Origin: Escherichia phage vB_EcoM_VR26
Direction: 5' to 3' (one strand)
Sequence record: NC_028957.1
DNA length: 64,000 bases
Shown: in pieces, positions 56,738 to 64,000 of the stretch
How positions within the stretch are numbered: the stretch's first letter is position 1
Layout of the letters: the number at the start of each line of letters is the position of its first letter
Translations under genes and position numbers: made by a program
Notes under the pieces: model-generated
Database searches by the model: none
What the model saw: the letters and a program-made list of their open reading frames with translations, nothing else
What the model was told of the DNA's origin: nothing

Positions 56738-57052
56738 TTAAGCTTTAGGGAAATCGCGCAAAAACGCATCATAAAGTTTATTACCAATGCGACGGAATGC
56801 TTTTGCCGCATGAACGTTATCTGGGTTTGCAATTTTAATCTGCATTACATGACTACCAGCCCATGATTTAGCTTCGTCATAATAACCTTTAATTTCTTTA
56901 ATAGTCTTGCGTTTTCCACCAGGACCATCGACAGTAATTTTCCACGAACCAGTGCTTGTTTCACTTGGTGGGGTTAACTGTTCAATCCAGACATAACCAC
57001 CTTCAACACGTTGTTGAGTAGATTCAGTAATAAATTCTTGATAAGTTTTCAT
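56738..57052 (-). CDS. capsid internal protein (IP family)
   Basis: Starts at internal ATG 57050-57052 giving MKTYQEFITES; track N-terminal 13 residues are leader. Confidence 0.7.
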   Translation of the reverse strand: MKTYQEFITESTQQRVEGGYVWIEQLTPPSETSTGSWKITVDGPGGKRKTIKEIKGYYDEAKSWAGSHVMQIKIANPDNVHAAKAFRRIGNKLYDAFLRDFPKA

Positions 57053-57100
57053 TTTATATTCCATTGTTTGGTTGATAAAATCATTATACAACCTTTTTAG

Positions 57101-57517
57101 TTAAGCGTACACAGCTTTCCCATAGTATTTGTACCAGGTAGGCTTTTGAGAAATTTTCTCATTCAGTCTGGATTGACTGATTTCAATTGACCAGATTGAT
57201 GGTTGATAATCATTCTTCCATTCATCAGGAATATCATTTAAATCTTGGGTAGAAATATCTTTTATATTAAACCCTCGCTTTAAACATTCAGCAATAAGTT
57301 CTTGATGACGGTTTTTAAGGAACAAAAGCTTATCATAAAAGAAGGTGACATGACCAGTTCCTAAAAGAAAAGATGATGGGATTTTAAAGTCAGACACCTT
57401 TTTACCATTTTGCACATGCTTACGAACAGCACCAAACACGCGAGGAAGCTCACGATATTCAGCCATAAGGTGTTGGTCGGCAAGTTCAGATACCAGGGTT
57501 AAATTAATGCGAGTCAT
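57101..57517 (-). CDS. denV: endonuclease V (pyrimidine-dimer DNA glycosylase)
   Basis: 138 aa, near-identical to recalled T4 DenV. Confidence 0.92.
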   Translation of the reverse strand: MTRINLTLVSELADQHLMAEYRELPRVFGAVRKHVQNGKKVSDFKIPSSFLLGTGHVTFFYDKLLFLKNRHQELIAECLKRGFNIKDISTQDLNDIPDEWKNDYQPSIWSIEISQSRLNEKISQKPTWYKYYGKAVYA

Positions 57518-57572
57518 GTTTGTTCTCCGTAGTTGATAGGGTCATTATAACCCTATCGTTTGGAGATGTAAA

Positions 57573-58061
57573 CTAATAAGCGTCAAAAGTTCCAGTACGG
57601 AAAGTTTCAATAACTCGTTTGGCCCGGTTTGGAGTCTGGACTTTATACCATCTTGAGTCAGCCAGTTCCTTAGCAGCAGCTTCCCATGATTTAGCCTTGA
57701 GCAATCGCAGCCCCTTAGGAAAACCAGCAACACCAGCTACACCCATTTGGAATACCATATTAATGAGTGCACAACGACGAACTTCATCCAGTACATCATA
57801 AACAGGCTTTAAGACAGGATGTTTCAAGATTCCGGCTTTAGCTTTTTCGACCGAACGGTTAAACAATGTTTCGGCTTCGTGCTGGGTTATACGACCATTA
57901 CAGATACGACCCATGAGCTTGTCGAGCTCAGCACGAGCAACATCTTTCGATGGGTTCTTAGTTATCAATTGCCCGATACCAATGGTCCAATAACCTTCGG
58001 TATCTTTATACAAATCCAACTTACAACCTTCATCTATGCGTAACATTTCGAATATATTCAT
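57573..58061 (-). CDS. e: lysozyme (endolysin)
   Basis: 162 aa; [12 protein letters not shown], catalytic E11/D20/T26 context and [12 protein letters not shown] match recalled T4 lysozyme. Confidence 0.92.
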   Translation of the reverse strand: MNIFEMLRIDEGCKLDLYKDTEGYWTIGIGQLITKNPSKDVARAELDKLMGRICNGRITQHEAETLFNRSVEKAKAGILKHPVLKPVYDVLDEVRRCALINMVFQMGVAGVAGFPKGLRLLKAKSWEAAAKELADSRWYKVQTPNRAKRVIETFRTGTFDAY

Positions 58062-58085
58062 AATACCCCCTTATATAGGGGTATT
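58062..58085 (-). promoter_or_regulatory. RNA hairpin sequestering the lysozyme (e) ribosome-binding site
   Basis: 8-bp stem aatacccc/ggggtatt with 8-nt loop ending exactly at the e ATG; the SD-like AAGGGGG lies within the stem. Confidence 0.5.
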
Positions 58086-58087
58086 TA

Positions 58088-58549
58088 TTATCCGAAAATT
58101 TGAGTCAAAACCTTGTACATCGATTTACCCATTACGTATTGCCATTGACTCGGTTTAATCAGAGCAAATGCATCAAACTCTGGGACCAAACTACCATCCG
58201 GGAATGTATGATATGCGGAGCATTTACTATGTCTGAATTGCTCATGCTCGACCGGGACCGTGTACAAAAACAGGTGAAGGTTTTTGTTATCTGAATAACG
58301 GAACTCGCCTAGGTCTTTTAAGAATGCCGGGTCATACTGGGTAAAGCCTGTTTCTTCTTCGCATTCACGTATAGCCGCTTCAATCGGGGATTCACCGGCT
58401 TCAACATGACCCTTAGGGATATCCCATTTATGTGCAGGCATACCCGGTTTGCGAGAACCAGTCACGCGACCCATGAATAGCTCTTTATCTTCAGTCATGA
58501 AAATAATACCAGCAGATAATTCTTTCACCACGTTTTTCTTACTCATCAT
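58088..58549 (-). CDS. nudE: Nudix hydrolase
   Basis: Nudix box GHVEAGESPIEAAIRECEEETG; likely start MMSKKN at 58547-58549 (153 aa). Confidence 0.8.
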   Translation of the reverse strand: MMSKKNVVKELSAGIIFMTEDKELFMGRVTGSRKPGMPAHKWDIPKGHVEAGESPIEAAIRECEEETGFTQYDPAFLKDLGEFRYSDNKNLHLFLYTVPVEHEQFRHSKCSAYHTFPDGSLVPEFDAFALIKPSQWQYVMGKSMYKVLTQIFG

Positions 58550-58775
58550 CACGTTCCCACGATTTTTTAAAGATTTCAGCCATAATAATTTCAATACGTG
58601 TTTCTGTTGATGGCGATTCACTACTAGAAGTTTGAACTCTGTATTCAGAAATCGGGCGGAACAAGTCCAGGTCAATTTCTAAATCATCTTTGATTTCAAC
58701 TTCGGGCGTACCTTTATCATAGGAATACAGGTAAGAATCACATGACTCTGATTTAATATAAATTGCAATACTCAT
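58539..58775 (-). CDS. hypothetical acidic small protein
   Basis: 78-aa ORF. Confidence 0.4.
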   Translation of the reverse strand: MSIAIYIKSESCDSYLYSYDKGTPEVEIKDDLEIDLDLFRPISEYRVQTSSSESPSTETRIEIIMAEIFKKSWERDDE

Positions 58776-59353
58776 TTACGGCATTCCTCAATAAAAGAGT
58801 TTAATGTATTTTTCTTTGTAACATCATCATATACCTTTTTAACTTTAGAAATACGAAAAGGTACTTCAATAACAGAGGTCCATAAAAATGATGCGATAAG
58901 TCCTGAGATAGCCGCAGACATAGCTGACGCGAATACAGAAATAGGCAGGTCATTATCTGTTGTCAGGAAAAAACCCAGGATTGGAAAAAACAGTATCCCC
59001 ATCCAAACATAGAACCTGGAGCACACCAACTTGTCATATTCATCGCTCCATGTACGAAAACCATATTTTTCACTATAACAAATCAATGGGTCAGGTGTTT
59101 GTTCTTTATGCGGTTCTGGTTGCCAACCTTTAACGATGTGCTTCATTTTATATTCCTCAATTAAAAGCTCTTTCATATGCCGGTTACAATGCGACCAATC
59201 AACGTTTTCCACCTTGATTCCTTCATCACCATCATCAAGGTTTGCCCAATATCTTTTGGTAATCATAAATTCATCTCTTGGAACTGGAATACCTGCACAT
59301 CCTTGTGGACCTTTCATATCACCCATGCAACCGGGTTCATACATCATTACCAT
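58772..59353 (-). CDS. membrane protein with C-terminal FIEECRK tail
   Basis: 193 aa; hydrophobic segments; C-terminal tail resembles 63255..63608 and 63595..63978. Confidence 0.45.
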   Translation of the reverse strand: MVMMYEPGCMGDMKGPQGCAGIPVPRDEFMITKRYWANLDDGDEGIKVENVDWSHCNRHMKELLIEEYKMKHIVKGWQPEPHKEQTPDPLICYSEKYGFRTWSDEYDKLVCSRFYVWMGILFFPILGFFLTTDNDLPISVFASAMSAAISGLIASFLWTSVIEVPFRISKVKKVYDDVTKKNTLNSFIEECRK

Positions 59354-60033
59354 CCCTCCATAGGGAATTCTAGATATACTTGGGCATTAACGCGGATTTC
59401 ATTGGTAATATTTTTAACACGGTCAGTGTTACGAGATACACGACCAAACCAACGCCAGCCATTGCGCACTGTCTGGGAACCAGTATGCCAGGTATGACAA
59501 TTAAACTGCAGGAGTGTGCGGTCAGGAGCTTCCCATTGCTCTAATTCACCTGATTCAATTTTAGTCAGAACTTCTTTATGCCATTGGCGATAAATCAATT
59601 CACCTTCCGGGATTTCACTAAAGGTAGCTTCGCCTGTAGCAAAATGGGTAGGACACACATCAGCGTTAACAAGACCAAGAATGTGTTCAGACATATAGCG
59701 AGGATTGTCATAATCTGGTTGACCCGCAGTAATAAAATGTTGTCCAGTTGGAATGGGTGGACGCGGAACATCATCATGATGATAGCCAGGGATAGCTGGA
59801 TACCAACCCGGCATTAACATATGCACACGTGAATCAAACACAACATGTTGATTAGTCCAATCAATTGGGAGATTGGCAATAAAGCTACGAGTGATTGGGC
59901 CACCATTATCCCAAGCAAAACTCAAATCACAGTTAAAGAACATTGGTTCATTTTTGATTTGGTCATTTTGTACGTTATGTGCAAAACCACCTACTGCACG
60001 AGCTTGACTATTAAAAGTTTTAGGACCGTTCAT
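59347..60033 (-). CDS. hypothetical protein
   Basis: 228 aa, His/Trp-rich; no recognised motif. Confidence 0.45.
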   Translation of the reverse strand: MNGPKTFNSQARAVGGFAHNVQNDQIKNEPMFFNCDLSFAWDNGGPITRSFIANLPIDWTNQHVVFDSRVHMLMPGWYPAIPGYHHDDVPRPPIPTGQHFITAGQPDYDNPRYMSEHILGLVNADVCPTHFATGEATFSEIPEGELIYRQWHKEVLTKIESGELEQWEAPDRTLLQFNCHTWHTGSQTVRNGWRWFGRVSRNTDRVKNITNEIRVNAQVYLEFPMEGW

Positions 60034-60092
60034 AATATTTTCCTCATTGATTGTGGGACCATTATGTCATAGCCCCATTTGGTTGTACACAC

Positions 60093-60743
60093 TTATTTTT
60101 GTCTATTATAATATTTCAATTCAGCGGCGCGACGTCTTTCCATTGCTTCGTCACGAGAATCACCATAGTAAAGTTGGATTTCTTTATGATTAACAGTAAT
60201 ATATGATATCCATTTACCTCTGTCTTTTCTAAACTTGACACCTGTAATTGGACCAGGTGAATCTTTTCGGGTATCCTGGTCAAATGACTGTATTGATGAT
60301 GAAGCCCATTCGCAAGTTTCTTTACTGTATAGCTTACATGAATTTATCCGATTAATGCTTGTACCTGCTGGACGAATACCCATATCTTCAACAAAATTCA
60401 AATAACCAGTTTTTCCCTTTGGTAGCCACCTATCACATATTTGTACACCAGCGCCACCATACTGCTTCCAACGATGATGGTTAGGATTTGTACACCTTTC
60501 AATCATGGCAGCATACGATGAATATGTAGGTTTGTCAGAAATAAATGAATAATGATATTTCTGACAGCCGCATGATTTGGTTTTACCTGATTTTATACGA
60601 GCGGCGGCTGTGACAAACTCTTTACCACAATGACAAATACAATTCCATTTAGTAGAAACTCCAGCGGTTTTATATGCTACCGAAACAAATTTGATTCCAT
60701 TAATAATTTTACCAGTCAAATCTTCTAATGGTCTTCCCATCAT
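60093..60743 (-). CDS. zinc-finger/AP2-like DNA-binding protein (homing-endonuclease-like)
   Basis: 216 aa; N-terminal CICHCG...CGC; central NPNHHRWKQYGGAGVQICDRW; C-terminal AP2-like segment. Confidence 0.45.
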   Translation of the reverse strand: MMGRPLEDLTGKIINGIKFVSVAYKTAGVSTKWNCICHCGKEFVTAAARIKSGKTKSCGCQKYHYSFISDKPTYSSYAAMIERCTNPNHHRWKQYGGAGVQICDRWLPKGKTGYLNFVEDMGIRPAGTSINRINSCKLYSKETCEWASSSIQSFDQDTRKDSPGPITGVKFRKDRGKWISYITVNHKEIQLYYGDSRDEAMERRRAAELKYYNRQK

Positions 60744-61705
60744 TCATCCTTTTTGAATGGTTTAATTAAATGCTGGTTAGCCTTAAAACGTTTAATATAA
60801 TCGTCATGACCTAAAGCATTATACATACTTATAATTTTACCATAATTTTCATATGCGAAGGTGCGGAACCATCCAGAAGTAATGGAGGTGCAGACTTTTT
60901 CCAGAGCCATATGGAAGCTATGGCTTGCAGGGATAATAAAATCATTAGGAACCTGTGAACGCTCCAGAGCGAGTACACATGCTTCTTCATAAACCCCTGC
61001 CAGTTTAATAACATCAGGGAGTGCTTCAAATTTTTCGCGTGAGGTCATGACTTCTGAATCATCCTTCATATAGAACTTATATGCGGGCTTATCAGCAAGC
61101 GCCACGGCCTCGTGGATGGAGTCATGGTCAAGGGTATAGATTGTATCATTAAAGAAAGTTTTCTTGCCCACGTCTAGTTTAGGGTGGCTATATGACAGTG
61201 TTTCTGCCTGGCGTTGTTGCATAATTTTCTGCAGTTCATCATTAAGAACAACACCCTTATTGCGAAGGTAATTAATATGACTCATGGTCTTCAGGAAGAA
61301 TGGATTGTTCTTCAGGTAACGATGAGATAATTTAATTGCCAGACAAATATCAGGAGTCGCCCAGTAAAAACCTGTAAGACGGTCCTTTTTAATATGATTT
61401 TCAGCATATTTCAGGAGACGATAACTTGAGGTGAAATCTTCGTCTTGAAGCTCGCCAGTAATTTCTCGTACGTTGGTCAGGGCACGGACAATATAAGCTT
61501 CAAAATAGGTTTCTTTGCCATTGTACATACATTTAAAAGCTTGGACATCAGGGTTATCCACAGGAACATGAGCACCGAACATACGTGCTTTAAAGTGGTT
61601 CCATGAGCCTTGGTCGGCAATGAAATCCCAATCAGAGTTTTCAATTTTCTGACTTTCAATCAGACCAGCGTTATGTAATGCACGAGAACCAATAACTAAC
61701 ATCAT
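60740..61705 (-). CDS. hypothetical protein
   Basis: 321-aa ORF; no recognised motif. Confidence 0.45.
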   Translation of the reverse strand: MMLVIGSRALHNAGLIESQKIENSDWDFIADQGSWNHFKARMFGAHVPVDNPDVQAFKCMYNGKETYFEAYIVRALTNVREITGELQDEDFTSSYRLLKYAENHIKKDRLTGFYWATPDICLAIKLSHRYLKNNPFFLKTMSHINYLRNKGVVLNDELQKIMQQRQAETLSYSHPKLDVGKKTFFNDTIYTLDHDSIHEAVALADKPAYKFYMKDDSEVMTSREKFEALPDVIKLAGVYEEACVLALERSQVPNDFIIPASHSFHMALEKVCTSITSGWFRTFAYENYGKIISMYNALGHDDYIKRFKANQHLIKPFKKDE

Positions 61706-61989
61706 AATATTTTCCTCATTAGTAAAGACGAGTTACTTCATATTTTCCAAGTGCCGATTTTTTCGCTTCAATTCGTGAGGCAGCAAGATTGGCGGCCTCT
61801 AGTGAAGAAAATTGAACCACTTGAGAAGTATTCTGTCTTACTCCACCTTGCGGGTGAGTGACAAAAACAATAAGAACATTATACATAATATTTTCCTCAT
61901 TAGTTGACGAGATAATGATACTACGTTTCTTTAGGCTTGTACACTAAATTTCTGCACATAAGTCCTCCTATCACATCCTTGTGATAATT

Positions 61990-62223
61990 TTAGCAGCTAC
62001 TCGGATACCAGATTTTACCATCGGCACGAGCAACGAAGGTACGACCAGCTTCTTCACCATAACAAGAGCTGTTCAACCAGTCTTCAAGACGGACTTCGCC
62101 GTCATAATCATCAAGCTCAACACCAAAATCTTGAGCAGAAGCCATATCTTTTACTTTCTTATACAGTGCAGCCAGTTCAAGGGCGGCTTTTTCTAATTCA
62201 GCATGTTCAACAGCAGTAGTCAT
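61990..62223 (-). CDS. small protein of the C-terminal SS-C paralog family (copy 5)
   Basis: 77 aa ending ...KIWYPSSC; GGTGA SD. Confidence 0.55.
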   Translation of the reverse strand: MTTAVEHAELEKAALELAALYKKVKDMASAQDFGVELDDYDGEVRLEDWLNSSCYGEEAGRTFVARADGKIWYPSSC

Positions 62224-62232
62224 TTTATCACC

Positions 62233-62460
62233 TTAGCAAGACATAGAGGAGTTAAACCAGAAACCTTTACCATCTGGGATACCGTAATCACCACGAATCC
62301 AGTCATACTCTTCGTATTCTGGACAACCCGCGGGAATATATCGTTGAAGACTGTCAGCATATACATGAAAGTATTCACCAGTTTTATCGGCCAGTTGTTC
62401 ACCTTCACAGATTAGTGCACGGATTTGGTCTTCAATTTCTTTAACAGTTTTAGCAGTCAT
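62233..62460 (-). CDS. small protein of the C-terminal SS-C paralog family (copy 4)
   Basis: 75 aa ending ...GFWFNSSMSC. Confidence 0.55.
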   Translation of the reverse strand: MTAKTVKEIEDQIRALICEGEQLADKTGEYFHVYADSLQRYIPAGCPEYEEYDWIRGDYGIPDGKGFWFNSSMSC

Positions 62461-62469
62461 TTTATTTCC

Positions 62470-62667
62470 TTAGCATTCGTAAGAGGAGGACACCCAAGAG
62501 GTACCACTAATAGTAATACAGCCATTATAAAGCGTGATATGTCGTTCTAGGTCACGCTGACCATCAATATAGATATCAGCTTCTTCACGTTCTTCTTTAC
62601 AAATCTGGATAACGTTTTCAATAGCTGCCGCGGCAGTACGGATTGCACAATCTAATTCACGAGACAT
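62470..62667 (-). CDS. small protein of the C-terminal SS-C paralog family (copy 3)
   Basis: 65 aa ending ...SWVSSSYEC; GGAAA SD. Confidence 0.55.
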   Translation of the reverse strand: MSRELDCAIRTAAAAIENVIQICKEEREEADIYIDGQRDLERHITLYNGCITISGTSWVSSSYEC

Positions 62668-62676
62668 AATAGTTCC

Positions 62677-62958
62677 TTAACATTCAGAAGAGGAGGACAC
62701 CCAACCGCCTTTTTCCAGGCTGGTAGTGTAATCATGTTGGTTTACAATAGCCCATTCAGGATGACCATGTTCTTCCCAATGAGCAAGGTCAGCTTTCAGG
62801 GCGCCAGGAGAATAATAGTCACCGCCCATACCGCGAGCAGGGTATATATTAAAATGAGTCTCATATTTGTCTGCAATTTCCTCGGCACGACGAATAGCTT
62901 TATGGATGTCATTTACTGCGTTAGCCAGTTCTTTATTTTTACGGTAATCATTCATCAT
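62677..62958 (-). CDS. small protein of the C-terminal SS-C paralog family (copy 2)
   Basis: 93 aa ending ...GGWVSSSSEC. Confidence 0.55.
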   Translation of the reverse strand: MMNDYRKNKELANAVNDIHKAIRRAEEIADKYETHFNIYPARGMGGDYYSPGALKADLAHWEEHGHPEWAIVNQHDYTTSLEKGGWVSSSSEC

Positions 62959-62967
62959 AGCGTTTCC

Positions 62968-63258
62968 TTAGCACATTGCCGAAGAGGAGACCCAAGCACC
63001 AACTGTAACGACACCGTTTTCAACTTCACCGCCGCTGTTTTCAATTTCATCTTTAAACCACTGGGAGCATTCATAACCGACAGGATAATATGTACGGCCC
63101 GAACCATAATCACCGGTACCAAATTGGATACCATATTCATCTGCGATTTCTTCACAGTGTTTTTCAATTTCAGAGGTCTTATTTAGAAGAGAATAGATAG
63201 CTTTTTCTGCAGATTTCTCATCATAATACTTGGGGATAGCAATTTCAATTTTATTCAT
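62968..63258 (-). CDS. small protein of the C-terminal SS-C paralog family (copy 1)
   Basis: 96 aa ending ...GAWVSSSAMC; start overlaps upstream stop (ATGA). Confidence 0.55.
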   Translation of the reverse strand: MNKIEIAIPKYYDEKSAEKAIYSLLNKTSEIEKHCEEIADEYGIQFGTGDYGSGRTYYPVGYECSQWFKDEIENSGGEVENGVVTVGAWVSSSAMC

Positions 63259-63608
63259 GATTTACATTCCTTAATAAAGGTTTCAAGGTCATTACGTTTT
63301 GTTTTGTCTAGGAACTTATTATACTCAGCCATTGCTGAAGCGTATCTCTTCCGACTAGGAGCATTCACGGCATTTGTGTGGCAAATATCATACACAACAG
63401 GGATAAAATAAGACACAACAGCCGGAGCGATTATCATAAAGAAACCCATCTCAATGGGCATCACTCCCTCGATTGCAGCCATAACCGTGGTCATTACCAG
63501 ACCAACCAAGCCGCCAAGCATGGCGGTGACAATCCCTAATAATAAATTGGCACCAATATCATATTCAGCCAATTGATAAACATGTGATGCAAGACTAGGC
63601 CGTTCCAT
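63255..63608 (-). CDS. two-pass membrane protein with C-terminal FIKECKS tail
   Basis: ATG at 63606-63608 (MERPSLASH) with AAGGAGG SD; two hydrophobic segments. Confidence 0.5.
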   Translation of the reverse strand: MERPSLASHVYQLAEYDIGANLLLGIVTAMLGGLVGLVMTTVMAAIEGVMPIEMGFFMIIAPAVVSYFIPVVYDICHTNAVNAPSRKRYASAMAEYNKFLDKTKRNDLETFIKECKS

Positions 63609-63978
63609 TACGAACCTCCTTAATAAATTCTTCGGCACATTTAATTTTGTGCTCTTCTTGCAGGGAAACACATTTTTGTTCCCACTCTTTAACTCGTCCA
63701 CGATATCCTTTATTCATATGATTTTGATGCCACACGTTTATCAATAACATGCTCAGGACTGTAATAAAAGGTGCTGCAATTATTAGTGACCAGGCGACTC
63801 CAACACTAATGATATTCATATCCCCACAAAGCACCATCATTATAACCCCAACGATGCACATGGACAGAGCTCCAAACGCAGGCATAAGGTCTTTATCAAT
63901 CTTGTCTGCATATACAAATTTTTCTGGTTTACTTGGCAGATATAGCGTTCGCATTTTGAACCTCTTTAGCGTATTCAC
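63595..63978 (-). CDS. two-pass membrane protein with C-terminal FIKEV tail (paralog)
   Basis: 127-aa ORF; start near window edge uncertain; same architecture as 63255..63608. Confidence 0.45.
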   Translation of the reverse strand: MNTLKRFKMRTLYLPSKPEKFVYADKIDKDLMPAFGALSMCIVGVIMMVLCGDMNIISVGVAWSLIIAAPFITVLSMLLINVWHQNHMNKGYRGRVKEWEQKCVSLQEEHKIKCAEEFIKEVRNGTA

Positions 63979-64000
63979 GACATTCAGTAATAAAACGATT

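Noticed and set aside
7143-61950. Possibility that the repeated TGTACA/leader elements form a CRISPR-like or mobile repeat array
   Set aside because: Copies are dispersed, each sits directly upstream of a start codon at promoter spacing, and there are no regularly spaced unique spacers.
58062-64000. tRNA gene cluster expected downstream of the lysozyme region by analogy with T4
   Set aside because: The intergenic gaps here are short and AT-rich and I saw no cloverleaf-compatible GC-rich segments; a proper tRNA scan is needed to exclude it, and the cluster may lie beyond the window.

Overview
The window is the replication/recombination/early-gene arm of a T4-like (Tevenvirinae-type) myovirus, read almost entirely on the minus strand. 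Gene order follows T4 from rIIA through topoisomerase 39, dexA, dda, two ADP-ribosyltransferases, soc, 56, 61, sp, 41, uvsX, imm-like, 43, regA, 62, 44, 45, 46, 47, 55, 49, nrdC, tk, regB, internal proteins, denV, lysozyme e and nudE. Identifications rest on motifs and on protein sequences recalled from T4, not on any database search. CDS starts come from the supplied longest-ORF track, which accepts TTG/GTG and often runs upstream into promoter/leader sequence; where I could verify an ATG with a Shine-Dalgarno (SD) by hand I corrected the start. Coordinates of short motifs were counted by hand and may be off by 1-2 nt. Main observations: (1) a translationally coupled array of five small paralogous genes ending in a conserved W-x-SSS-x-x-Cys C-terminus, downstream of two paralogous membrane-protein genes; (2) the T4 loci for beta-gt/42, alpha-gt and nrdD/nrdG are occupied by other small genes although dCTPase 56 is retained; (3) a convergent plus-strand pair of small hydrophobic protein genes between 56 and 61; (4) a nucleotidyltransferase-fold gene and a macro-domain gene in accessory blocks, co-resident with two ADP-ribosyltransferases; (5) an extra endonuclease VII-like zinc-finger protein beside the topoisomerase gene and several homing-endonuclease-like genes; (6) a recurring early promoter/leader cassette whose TGTACA -35-like element often sits in the loop of the upstream terminator, two copies carrying a 10-bp inverted repeat around the -10. 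No tRNA, CRISPR array or integrase was recognised.
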